Of a stretch of DNA of 46,654 bases, positions 9,438 to 18,370 are shown in pieces. The position numbers and the translations under genes are program-made. Positions within the stretch are counted from its first letter, which is position 1. The number at the start of each line of letters is the position of its first letter. A model generated the notes under the pieces. It had not been told where the DNA came from and did not search any database. It saw nothing but the letters and a program-made list of their open reading frames with translations. This DNA comes from an uncultured Muribaculaceae bacterium (lineage in GTDB: Bacteria; Bacillota_I; Bacilli_A; RF39; UBA660): positions 10,262-56,915 of the forward strand of contig CAYSZU010000002.1 of NCBI GenBank assembly GCA_964435635.1. Direction: 5' to 3'.

Positions 9438-9629
9438 TTAAAGCGTCGTTTGATATTTATATAAAAAAAAGCTAAAAAGAAGAAATGAACCACCAAGGCT
9501 TATAAAACTAATAGCAACTAATATTTTTGCTGAGGTTTTAAGTTTCTTTTTAACTTCTACAGGTGAACCGCAATAGCCACAACAATCAGACCCGATAATT
9601 AATAATTGATGACAATTTCGACACTTCAC
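9438..9629 (-). CDS. Zinc-ribbon plus single transmembrane helix protein (possibly the detached N-terminus of the HEXXH protein)
   Basis: GTG start preceded by AGGAGGTG. It has CxxC...CxxC (KCRNCH ... CCGYCGSP), then a KKKLK basic patch and the TM helix ILVAISFISLGGSFLLFSFFLY. Confidence 0.55.
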   Translation of the reverse strand: MKCRNCHQLLIIGSDCCGYCGSPVEVKKKLKTSAKILVAISFISLGGSFLLFSFFLYKYQTTL

Positions 9630-9703
9630 TAGCGATACACCTCCTATTATTTAATTATATCATAATATCTATTAATAACAATCATTGGCAAAGCAATAAT
9701 AAT

Positions 9704-9731
9704 TTGACTAAATAGAAAAATAGTGTATAAT
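9704..9731 (+). promoter_or_regulatory. Sigma-A type promoter of rpsD
   Basis: TTGACT (9704-9709), a 16-nt spacer, then TATAAT (9726-9731). It lies ~165 nt upstream of the rpsD start. Confidence 0.5.
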
Positions 9732-9802
9732 TATCTTTGCGATGTATTTGGCAGCGTTAATTGATTAAATAATGTGTTTATTACCAATTTGGTTTAGTAG
9801 TA

Positions 9803-9819
9803 TTCCGGGCTGCCCGGAA
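9803..9819 (+). promoter_or_regulatory. GC-rich hairpin in the rpsD 5' leader (possible S4 autoregulatory element)
   Basis: TTCCGGG-CTG-CCCGGAA is a 7-bp G/C-rich stem in an otherwise AT-rich leader of ~160 nt. Confidence 0.35.
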
Positions 9820-9895
9820 GAAAATAATTTAATAAACTCCCTATGTTGATTAATTAACATCCACTATATAGCAAATATATAGAAAGGAGATTCTT

Positions 9896-10498
9896 ATGTC
9901 TAGATATATAGGTCCAGTTTATAAAAAAGCAAGACGTTTAGGTTTTTCTATTCTAGAAAACGGTAAAGAACTAGCTCGTCGTCCTTATGCTCCTGGTATT
10001 CATGGCGCTGATCGCCGACGTAAAGTTAGTGAGTATGGTGTTCAGTTATTAGAAAAACAAAAAGTTAGATTCTTATATGGCTTAGGTGAAAAACAATTTC
10101 ATAAGACTTTTGAAAAAGCAGCTAAGATGAAAGGCGTTACTGGTGATAATTTATTAAAATTACTAGAAACTCGTCTTGATAGTATTGTCTTTCGATTAGG
10201 AATGGCTAAAACAAGAAGAGCCTCTCGTCAAGTTGTTAATCATGGTCATATAACTGTTAATGGTAGTAAGGTTGACATTCCTTCTTTTCAAGTTAAACCT
10301 GGTGATGTGATTTCGATTAAAGAACAATCAATTGATCATCCAGCAATTAAAGAAGCAGTTACAGCGACCTTAGCTCGTCCTGCTTATGTTGAATTTGATG
10401 ATAAAAAAATGATCGGTACTTTGTTAAGATTACCAGATCGTAGTGAATTAAATCAAGAAATTGATGAATCCCTAATTGTCGAATTTTACAATCGTTAA
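9896..10498 (+). CDS. rpsD: 30S ribosomal protein S4
   Basis: 200 aa: [18 protein letters not shown] ... [31 protein letters not shown] (S4 domain). SD AAAGGAG lies 7 nt upstream. Confidence 0.95.
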   Translation: MSRYIGPVYKKARRLGFSILENGKELARRPYAPGIHGADRRRKVSEYGVQLLEKQKVRFLYGLGEKQFHKTFEKAAKMKGVTGDNLLKLLETRLDSIVFRLGMAKTRRASRQVVNHGHITVNGSKVDIPSFQVKPGDVISIKEQSIDHPAIKEAVTATLARPAYVEFDDKKMIGTLLRLPDRSELNQEIDESLIVEFYNR

Positions 10499-10507
10499 AA
10501 TAATAAG

Positions 10508-10538
10508 AAAAACAATTTCAATTACGAAATTGTTTTTT
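10508..10538. terminator. Bidirectional terminator (rpsD / M16 peptidase operon)
   Basis: AAAAACAATTTC - AATTAC - GAAATTGTTTTT. The A-run and T-run flank a 9-bp stem. It overlaps the last codons of ORF 10522..11817. Confidence 0.6.
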
Positions 10539-11817
10539 TATGAGGTAATAAAACTGTAACACTTTCCTGATCAGTATTAATTAATTTAATTACGCTTTCA
10601 ATTTCGGTCATTTTAATATTTGTATAAATATCAAAATAATCATCAACAACGTGACCATAAGTAATTAAATCGCCTTGGATATCATAATTTATGTTTTCAA
10701 TATTATCATATGAACGAACTAAACTAGCGATATTAGCACGTCGACGGCGAAGCAACATTTCTTCATCAAAAGTCAGATTATTCATTTTTTCTTTAATAAT
10801 CTTAACGATCTCATTTGGAAAATAAGTATCAACAGCAATACTAATTATAATAAAAGGACTTGAATTATAACTAGCACTTGAATATGACATACTAGTTATT
10901 TTGCCTTCTTCACTAAGTTTTTCTTTAAGTTCAGAACTAGGCCCAAAATTACTTCGTAAAATATAACTAATCATTACTCCTAAATAACCATCAGGATATT
11001 CATCAAACTTCTTGCGCTTAATCTTAAATGATATTTTAACCGTCGGCATTTCAACATTTGTTCTGATTTCACGATATTTTCGCGCGACTGTTGAGGGCTC
11101 AGTAACTCTTTTAATTATTGGATATCGATAAGGAGGGAACGTCTTTTTATTTTGATTATTTCTGATAATTGCCATTGCTTCTAGCGGCTTAAAATTACCC
11201 GTTATAATAACAAACATGTTTTTAGGATGATAGAAGTTATCATGAATTAATTTTAGTTTAGCGGCCGTAATCTTTCTTATATCACTGATTTCTCCGGTGA
11301 TACGATTACGGTGTTTATCGTAATGAAAGATCCCTTGATTAGAGCCGAAATATAATAAAGAACCAGGTTTATTCTTATTCATTTTTATTTCTTCAACAAC
11401 AATATTTTGCTCTTTAGCAACATTTTTCTTAGTAAAATATGGAATTGTTACATAATCTAATAAATGCTCTAAGTTTTCTTGAAAAAAAGTTGAGGATAAT
11501 ACTTCATAAGTAGTATCACTAAATGAAGTATAAGCATTTATTGATGAACCTAATTGCTCAAAATATTTTGTGGCCGAACTATTTTCCCCTTCATTAAAAT
11601 TAACATGTTCTAAGAAATGAGCAATCCCATTAGGAACTTGGCGGAATGTTTTTTCGCCTTTAAATTTAAATTCAGTATGAAGGGCACCATAACGGGCTGT
11701 GAATGTAATAAAAAAATTATTCACCTGGTTATTTGGCATCATATATACTTGTAAACCATTTTTACATCGGGCAAATAAGATCTTTTCATTTACGCCTTTA
11801 ATAATTATTTCTTTCAT
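10522..11817 (-). CDS. M16 (pitrilysin/insulinase) family zinc peptidase, active-type subunit
   Basis: 431 aa with the inverted zincin motif HxxEH in GIAHFLEHVNF. It is paired with an M16-like partner upstream through a 1-nt overlap. Confidence 0.8.
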   Translation of the reverse strand: MKEIIIKGVNEKILFARCKNGLQVYMMPNNQVNNFFITFTARYGALHTEFKFKGEKTFRQVPNGIAHFLEHVNFNEGENSSATKYFEQLGSSINAYTSFSDTTYEVLSSTFFQENLEHLLDYVTIPYFTKKNVAKEQNIVVEEIKMNKNKPGSLLYFGSNQGIFHYDKHRNRITGEISDIRKITAAKLKLIHDNFYHPKNMFVIITGNFKPLEAMAIIRNNQNKKTFPPYRYPIIKRVTEPSTVARKYREIRTNVEMPTVKISFKIKRKKFDEYPDGYLGVMISYILRSNFGPSSELKEKLSEEGKITSMSYSSASYNSSPFIIISIAVDTYFPNEIVKIIKEKMNNLTFDEEMLLRRRRANIASLVRSYDNIENINYDIQGDLITYGHVVDDYFDIYTNIKMTEIESVIKLINTDQESVTVLLPHKKTIS

Positions 11818-13076
11818 TATTTTTCACCATCACTTAATAAATAAATTGTATTTATTTTCATCTTTTTGGCTAAGTCTTGGACTTCATTCTTAGTTATTTT
11901 TTCTAAAGCAATAATTTCATCTTCATATAATGGTACTTGGTCTAAGTAGTTAAATAAATAATTACTAGCAATATCTACTTGACTATCTTGAGCCATTTTA
12001 ATATGTGATAAAACTTTAGTCTTACTATTAATAAATTCTTGATCACTTATATCTTCAATCATCTCTTGCATCGTTTTTTTAATAATGGCAACAGCTTCTT
12101 CATAGTTTTTTTTATCAATGCCTGTACTAATAATTAATAAATCTTCTCTTTTACGAAAGAAACTTGAAACACTATAACAAAGGGATTTTTCTTCCCGTAA
12201 ATGCCTAGCTAATTTTGTTTCTAATGAACCTGAGCCAAGAATAATATTATAAATTGAATATATCAAATCTCTTTCCCTTTTAGTTGGTTCTAAAATATTA
12301 TAAATCATTACTAAACGAGCTTGCTTATAGTTATCAACTTCTTTTATTATTTGAGCTTTAGCTCTTGGTTTATTTGTAATAAATAATTTTGGTTCGCAAG
12401 CTATCACCTTAGGGCGAATAAAGTTTTTCTTAACTAATTCAACCATATAATCCATGTCTAAATCACCAATTATAGTAATATCACATTTATTACTAGCAAT
12501 TACTTCTTGATATGTTTTTACTAAGCTTTTAGGAGTAATCTGAGATAAATCTTCTAAATATCCACTCGCGTTATAACTTGAAGGTGACTCCTCATCCATT
12601 AAAATGAGACTACGACGAACGGCATAACTAGCCGCCTTTGCTTTAATACTTTTTATTTCAGCTTCCAGTCTTGATTTAATAAATATAAAATCACGATCAG
12701 GAAATTGGCCTTGCTTAATATTCGGTTTTAAAAGTAGTTCGAAAACAAATTCAAAAATCTGTTCAACCGTTCCAGGATCACAATATTTAGGATTTAAAAA
12801 ATTGATGCCAGCACTATTAATCGCCATTTTTCCTAAGTAAGAACTACTCATTGTTATTCCTGTATTATATAAAGTTTCTGCTTTAATCACGATATCTTTA
12901 TTTTTCGGATAATTAAGACTAGATCGTACTAAGATATCACCAACTAAATTACGAGCGGTTATTTTTTCTTTAACCAATTCATTACGAAAAGCAATATCAA
13001 GAACACAGTTTTTAAATTTATCAATCTTTAAAGTGTGAATCATGTATGATTCTTGCTCATATCTTTTATATTCCAT
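11817..13076 (-). CDS. M16 family peptidase-like protein, non-catalytic partner (no HxxEH)
   Basis: 419 aa of the same size and architecture class as its neighbour but without HxxEH. The arrangement resembles the ymfF/ymfH-type pairs of Firmicutes. Confidence 0.7.
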   Translation of the reverse strand: MEYKRYEQESYMIHTLKIDKFKNCVLDIAFRNELVKEKITARNLVGDILVRSSLNYPKNKDIVIKAETLYNTGITMSSSYLGKMAINSAGINFLNPKYCDPGTVEQIFEFVFELLLKPNIKQGQFPDRDFIFIKSRLEAEIKSIKAKAASYAVRRSLILMDEESPSSYNASGYLEDLSQITPKSLVKTYQEVIASNKCDITIIGDLDMDYMVELVKKNFIRPKVIACEPKLFITNKPRAKAQIIKEVDNYKQARLVMIYNILEPTKRERDLIYSIYNIILGSGSLETKLARHLREEKSLCYSVSSFFRKREDLLIISTGIDKKNYEEAVAIIKKTMQEMIEDISDQEFINSKTKVLSHIKMAQDSQVDIASNYLFNYLDQVPLYEDEIIALEKITKNEVQDLAKKMKINTIYLLSDGEK

Positions 13077-13140
13077 ATTTTTTCCTCAATATCTAACCCA
13101 TCAATAGTAATCTTATTTTACCTTATTTTATTCCAAAAGA

Positions 13141-13160
13141 AAAGACTCATTGAGTCTTTT
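13141..13160 (-). terminator. Rho-independent terminator after ORF 13162..14820
   Basis: AAAGACTCATTGAGTCTTTT: a GACTC/GAGTC stem with flanking A and T runs, 1 nt after the stop codon. Confidence 0.5.
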
Positions 13161-13161
13161 C

Positions 13162-14820
13162 TTAATATTGACTAACGATTAACGGTTCAGAATAATCAGT
13201 TACATCTTTAGCTACTTTAATCTCGTTCTTTCCATCAAAACGATATAAAGAACCAGATCCTACTTCATAATCCTTTAAGATATAGATTAACTTATCATTA
13301 ATATAGGCAAAGCTATAAACATCAGAACTAATTTCTTTTAATTTTCGACCGTTATAACTATATAACTTCCCTTCACCATCTTTATAATCAGAAATAAAGT
13401 AAATTAAATCATGGTCACGATTTTCAACAAAAGAACTATAAATACTAACATCATCAGCAACCTCTTCAACTTTTCCTTTAACAGCTATTTGTAATTTTGC
13501 ATCATCATTAGTTCCGCTAATAAATAGACAGCCTTTAGTAAAAGTACGATTTAATCCGCTTAAAACTTTTGAAGCAATTTTTTCTGCTTCTTTTACTTTA
13601 GCACCACTTATCTTGGCGTAATATAAAATATATGTCGTTTCGTAATCATCATCAGTTTTACCAATTGAATAATATAATTCATCACCATTACGAATATAGG
13701 CCTCACCTAATTCTATATTATTGGCAACCTTAACAGCTTCTTTATCGCCTTTTTTATAGTATAAATCCGCAGTTGAATAATCATCGCTATATTCACCATA
13801 TAATATCTGCAAAGTCTTTACATCAGCAAAATAAGTTATTTCAACATCATCAGCTATTTTGGTTGATTTACCATTTTTATAATAAAACACTTCTTCGTCG
13901 GCAGAATAAATAAACGCCGAATAATCATCATTTGAATCTAATAATTGACATTCTTCATCAACTAATTCTTCAACCTTTTGATTACTTATCTTATAAGAAT
14001 ACAATTCGCCATCTTCGTTATAAAAGACAACAACACTTTGATCATTACTTATTCTTGCTCCTGAAACATCAGATTCGATTTTAGTCGAATCATCTTTACT
14101 AGCTTTTAAACTACTAACATATAAATTATTAGCTTTTATATAAAAGATTTTTGTGGCTGTTGTTCCAACAACCATATCAATGCTTTTAGTAATTCGTGCC
14201 GTTGTTTTATAATCATAAACATATAAGTCATAATCATCATTAGTATAATAAACATATTTATCATTTTTTGAAAAAGCAAACTCATTTACTTCTTTATCAA
14301 TCTTTTCTGGTTCATCAGCTTTATTAACGTTCAAAAAATAAAGGGTATTATCTTTAGTATATAAAACCTTTTTCTCCGTTTCATTAGCATAAACAACTTC
14401 ATAGCTTTTGCCATCAACACTAGTTATTTTGTCAGCTTCTTGCTTCTTTGCGTTAATAACCATTAAGTCACCATCTTCATTTCTAAATACTAATGAATAG
14501 TTAGGTTCTTTTTGCCCGAAAAACATAGTACTTAAAACAATTAGAATAATAATGGCTAGTAAAACAATCCCACCTATTTTAAAATACTTCATCCTCGTAA
14601 TTTTTTCAAATCCACCTTTAATTTTAGCAAGCAGAGCTGCTTTTTTACTCTCTTGATTAATTTGAACTACTTCTGGTTGATTAACTGTTTCAGTTGGTTG
14701 ACTAATCACATCCGGTTGACTCGTTAATTCCGTTGGTTGGCTAATCACCTCTGGTTGATTGGTTGCTTCCGTTGGTTGATTAACCACTTCTGGTTCAGTT
14801 ATTGTTCCTTCTTCTTTCAT
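13162..14820 (-). CDS. Single-pass membrane protein with a repeat-containing cytoplasmic N-terminus and a large extracytoplasmic, possibly beta-propeller-like domain
   Basis: 552 aa. It has QPTE-type tandem repeats, the TM helix FKIGGIVLLAIIILIVLSTMFF, then ~450 aa with recurring ...LY(Y/V/S)...(D/N)G-type blade-like motifs. A DUF5050/TolB-like assignment is tentative. Confidence 0.65.
   Translation of the reverse strand: MKEEGTITEPEVVNQPTEATNQPEVISQPTELTSQPDVISQPTETVNQPEVVQINQESKKAALLAKIKGGFEKITRMKYFKIGGIVLLAIIILIVLSTMFFGQKEPNYSLVFRNEDGDLMVINAKKQEADKITSVDGKSYEVVYANETEKKVLYTKDNTLYFLNVNKADEPEKIDKEVNEFAFSKNDKYVYYTNDDYDLYVYDYKTTARITKSIDMVVGTTATKIFYIKANNLYVSSLKASKDDSTKIESDVSGARISNDQSVVVFYNEDGELYSYKISNQKVEELVDEECQLLDSNDDYSAFIYSADEEVFYYKNGKSTKIADDVEITYFADVKTLQILYGEYSDDYSTADLYYKKGDKEAVKVANNIELGEAYIRNGDELYYSIGKTDDDYETTYILYYAKISGAKVKEAEKIASKVLSGLNRTFTKGCLFISGTNDDAKLQIAVKGKVEEVADDVSIYSSFVENRDHDLIYFISDYKDGEGKLYSYNGRKLKEISSDVYSFAYINDKLIYILKDYEVGSGSLYRFDGKNEIKVAKDVTDYSEPLIVSQY
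14662..14778 (-). repeat. Three tandem imperfect 39-nt (13-aa) coding repeats
   Basis: QPTEATNQPEVIS / QPTELTSQPDVIS / QPTETVNQPEVVQ at residues 15-53 of ORF 13162..14820. Confidence 0.7.
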
Positions 14821-14891
14821 ATTGTTCTCCTTACTTTATAAGATAATCTTATTATCTTTATTATATTTTTTTTACACTTTATTGTCAATTG

Positions 14892-16016
14892 TTATTGCCT
14901 CAGATAGTGCTGATATTCACTAATTAGATAATCATCAGTCATTCCCGCCATATAATCAAGGACAATTCGGGTAATTGAATTATTTTGTCTGTAACTTGGG
15001 TGCATACCTTTTAAAAACACTTGATATATTTGGGCTGTTTGATTATCATTTTTTATATCAGCACAGCATTTTGTAAAAACAAGGCGAAAGATCTTTTCGT
15101 ATTTTTTCAATTGTTTAGGTGTATTCGCCCTTAAATATATTTCTTGATAATTAAATTTTTTTAATTCAGTTAAGGTTTTAAAAAAAGGTAAACTCATTTT
15201 TATATAATCTTTATCTAAACTGTTTTTGATGACATCCATTATAAAATTATGAACTATTTCACGATTGTTGCTTCCAACGAGCGCAGTGATGTGAGACGGG
15301 AGTTGCTCTTTTTGAAATAAGTTCATCATCGTAGCGTCTTCGATGTCTCGGCCTACATAAGCGATGATATCACTGATCCTGACTACACAACCTTCTAATG
15401 TCATTGGAATTAAATGCTCTACTACTAGCTGATTATGATATGATTCACTATATTCTTGAAGAAACTGTTGGCTACTTTTTACTTTTGGTTTAAATTTTTG
15501 TTTAGTAACCTCGCCATTATGACACATAATAGCATCAAGGACCTGAATAGTAAGATTCTTCCCTTGACCATTATTTTCTAATACCATTAAATTACGAACG
15601 CTTTGAATATTATGATTAAAATAACCTTCATTATTTTCTAAACTTATTTTATTTAAAATACTTTCCCCAACATGACCAAATGGAACATGGCCTAAATCAT
15701 GTCCTAAAGCAGCCGCCTCAATTAAATCTTCATTTAAGGCTAAAGCTCGACCAATAGTTCGAGCTACCTTACTAACTAATTGAACATGGGTCATACGCCG
15801 ACTTATGTTATCGTTGTTACTTAAAGAATAAACCTGGGTTTTATCAATATAACGCGTATATGATAAAGAATAAATAATGCGGTCAATATCGCGAAAAAAA
15901 TCAGAACGAATATCTTTTGGTTCATCAACAAGTCTTTTTGCTTGTTCATCAAAACAAGCATAAGGACTAAGACTAATATTATGGCGATTCATATTTTTTA
16001 ATATTCTCTCGTTCAT
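14892..16016 (-). CDS. dGTPase-family HD-domain triphosphohydrolase-like protein
   Basis: 374 aa with RMTHVQLVSKVARTIG ... AALGHDLGHVPFGHVGE ... RISDIIAYVGRDIEDA, as in dGTP triphosphohydrolase-like proteins. Confidence 0.8.
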   Translation of the reverse strand: MNERILKNMNRHNISLSPYACFDEQAKRLVDEPKDIRSDFFRDIDRIIYSLSYTRYIDKTQVYSLSNNDNISRRMTHVQLVSKVARTIGRALALNEDLIEAAALGHDLGHVPFGHVGESILNKISLENNEGYFNHNIQSVRNLMVLENNGQGKNLTIQVLDAIMCHNGEVTKQKFKPKVKSSQQFLQEYSESYHNQLVVEHLIPMTLEGCVVRISDIIAYVGRDIEDATMMNLFQKEQLPSHITALVGSNNREIVHNFIMDVIKNSLDKDYIKMSLPFFKTLTELKKFNYQEIYLRANTPKQLKKYEKIFRLVFTKCCADIKNDNQTAQIYQVFLKGMHPSYRQNNSITRIVLDYMAGMTDDYLISEYQHYLRQ

Positions 16017-16036
16017 TTTTATCAGCTCAATTCTTT

Positions 16037-17629
16037 TTAATTTAATTCCGTCAATCGCTTTTGGCTGATTTTTCGAAGCAAGTAAATCATAATAATTGTT
16101 AATAATAAATAAATAATTGTTATTGCTAAAATATATAACCAGTTTTTAATAGGATAATCAAGAACTAAAGGAATAAGACCAATTAAAATACCAATTAGAA
16201 TTGCAACTAACGCCGGTACCCTTTGCTTAATAATTATTACTTCATTATCCCAATCTAGTTTTAAAAATAATAGATCTAAAATAATCCCCACATAAGATAT
16301 TAAGACAACTGCAACGATTGGAGTTATATATAGTAAAAATCTAATTGCTAAACTTAAATCTAAAACGAGATTCAAGATAGTCCCACAAATAATAATAACC
16401 GGGATACAAAGTGAAATATTAAGCATAATTTTTGCTCCAATTACCTGGCGAAAACTAATTGGTAAAGACCTTATGATCCAGAAGTTCTTCCCTTCAAGGG
16501 AGATAGCACAATGCGTTGTACAACTCATTGTACAAAACAAGGTAATAATAAATGGTAAGCCTTGTTGAATAACACTATTTAAATCAGGAATTTTTAAATA
16601 TTTTTCAATTGGTTGAAGACCAAATAGAACCAAAGCTAAAACTAATCCAACTAGCATAATTAAACCAATTGCGGTATTCAAAACATAAACCGGAGAAGAA
16701 AAATATTTTTTTAATTCACGGCCATACAAAGTATTAAAAACACTACGTTGTTTAACTTTAACTGTTAAAAATTCATTCTTGCGTTCCCCAGTTATTGCCT
16801 GATTGATTATATCGTGATAACGATTAATAATTAATAAAAACATTCCTAAAACACCCGCAGTTAATAATAACATCAAGCAGAAACTAATAATACTTAAATC
16901 AGCCATACATTTTAAATATAAATAGATTATTGGATAGAAATACTTTAATCTATCAATGATATTTACTTGGCCAAGAACCAAATCATCCATCTTTATAATA
17001 GTTAGTTTATAATTAAGAAAAAGCATTATCCCAACTAACACGATTGAACCTAAAATATTTATTAAACTTCTATACTTAAACTTTGAAGCTGAATAATTAA
17101 TAAGGGTTCCTAATAAAGTAGCTATAACTATTGGAATAATTGGAATTAAAATAAAAGATAGAAAGTATAAAAGATAAAATAATTCCGTCGTTTTTACGTG
17201 TTCAAGGTAAACAATTAAAACCGGAATTAGAATAATTACTTGAAAGACCATATTATATAAATATAATGTAGCTAGCTTACTAATAATTATTGCTTTCTTA
17301 GTAATAGGTAAAGATAATAATAAATCATAATCTTTAAACTTAAAAATTGTCTGTGGACCTTTATAAATATTTACTATTAATAGATATGAGGTACACAATA
17401 GCATAAAGATTACTAGTAAATATTCTGGTTTATTCATAGCCAGGAAAATCTTGATCATTGAACTAGCAAACATGTAAATATAATAACCAAAAAGCAGACC
17501 AACTGAACCTAATAAAACCATATTTAATTTAGCTTTAGTTTTTTCTTTTCGGTCTTTCGAATGAATGGTTTTATTAAGACCAGAGAATCCTAGCAAATTT
17601 ATTTTAATTAATTCATAGAGTTTTGTCAT
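16037..17629 (-). CDS. ABC transporter permease (polytopic, more than 10 predicted TM helices)
   Basis: 530 aa, almost entirely hydrophobic helices. A 17-nt overlap with the upstream ATPase gene indicates translational coupling. Confidence 0.7.
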   Translation of the reverse strand: MTKLYELIKINLLGFSGLNKTIHSKDRKEKTKAKLNMVLLGSVGLLFGYYIYMFASSMIKIFLAMNKPEYLLVIFMLLCTSYLLIVNIYKGPQTIFKFKDYDLLLSLPITKKAIIISKLATLYLYNMVFQVIILIPVLIVYLEHVKTTELFYLLYFLSFILIPIIPIVIATLLGTLINYSASKFKYRSLINILGSIVLVGIMLFLNYKLTIIKMDDLVLGQVNIIDRLKYFYPIIYLYLKCMADLSIISFCLMLLLTAGVLGMFLLIINRYHDIINQAITGERKNEFLTVKVKQRSVFNTLYGRELKKYFSSPVYVLNTAIGLIMLVGLVLALVLFGLQPIEKYLKIPDLNSVIQQGLPFIITLFCTMSCTTHCAISLEGKNFWIIRSLPISFRQVIGAKIMLNISLCIPVIIICGTILNLVLDLSLAIRFLLYITPIVAVVLISYVGIILDLLFLKLDWDNEVIIIKQRVPALVAILIGILIGLIPLVLDYPIKNWLYILAITIIYLLLTIIMIYLLRKISQKRLTELN

Positions 17630-18335
17630 CTTCTACCAACTCTAGGAAAGTATCTTCCAAACTTTTGTTTTTTAAGATTGTTTTCATCTCACCAGAAATA
17701 ACTAATTCACCTTTTTTTATAATAGCAATCTTATTACATAGTTTTTCCGCCGTATCTAAAACGTGAGTTGAAAAGAATACCATCTTACCTTGTTGACATT
17801 TTTCTTTCATGATCTTCTTTAAACTATGCGCTGCATAGGGATCAAGACCAACAAACGGTTCATCTAAAATATATAACTTTGGATCATGAATTAAAGCTGA
17901 AATGATGGCTAGTTTTTGTTTCATCCCATGTGAATAAGAAGAAATTAAATCACCAAGACTTCCTGTTAAATCAAAAAGATTAGCATACTTTTTAATAGCT
18001 TTTTCTTGTTCTTTTTGATTAACTTGATAAATATTTGCGATAAAGTTTAAATATTGTATTCCCGTAAGATAATCATATAAGTCTGGATTATCAGGAATAT
18101 AGGCGATATTTTTTTTAAATTCAAGAGGATTATCTTTTATGCTAATACCATCTAGAGTAATATTTCCTTCGGTAAAATAATTTATCCCCACAATCGATTT
18201 AAGCGTCGTTGTTTTACCCGCTCCATTGTGACCAATAAAAGCAAAAACATCGCCTTCTTTTACTTCTAAATTTAAGTTTTTAACTACTGGATTTCCTTTG
18301 ATATACGACATTGAATAATTTTCGATCTTTAACAT
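17613..18335 (-). CDS. ABC transporter ATP-binding protein
   Basis: Walker A GHNGAGKTT, signature-like YSHGMKQKL, Walker B LYILDEPFVGLD and the H-loop STHV. Confidence 0.9.
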   Translation of the reverse strand: MLKIENYSMSYIKGNPVVKNLNLEVKEGDVFAFIGHNGAGKTTTLKSIVGINYFTEGNITLDGISIKDNPLEFKKNIAYIPDNPDLYDYLTGIQYLNFIANIYQVNQKEQEKAIKKYANLFDLTGSLGDLISSYSHGMKQKLAIISALIHDPKLYILDEPFVGLDPYAAHSLKKIMKEKCQQGKMVFFSTHVLDTAEKLCNKIAIIKKGELVISGEMKTILKNKSLEDTFLELVEDDKTL

Positions 18336-18370
18336 ATACTCACCTTCCTTAAAAATATTTTGTAATATAA

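Noticed and set aside
9462-9470. The T8 run containing the classic slippery heptamer T TTT TTA inside the Zn-ribbon ORF, as a programmed -1 frameshift site that would fuse it to the HEXXH ORF.
   Set aside because: A -1 slip there enters the correct frame, but that frame has a TAA at 9457-9459 two codons later. Changing the run length by +1 or -1 also fails to produce a fusion. The shift must occur downstream, in 9441-9456, where there is no slippery sequence.
14662-14778. The tandem repeats, considered as a possible CRISPR-like or satellite array.
   Set aside because: They are contiguous 39-nt units with no spacers, lie in frame inside a long ORF, and translate to a coherent peptide repeat.
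14892-16016. The dGTPase-like HD hydrolase as an anti-phage dNTP-depletion defence gene.
   Set aside because: Its size and motifs fit the ordinary housekeeping dGTPase-like family. It sits in a long co-directional string with an ABC transporter and metabolic genes. No other defence-island hallmarks are nearby.
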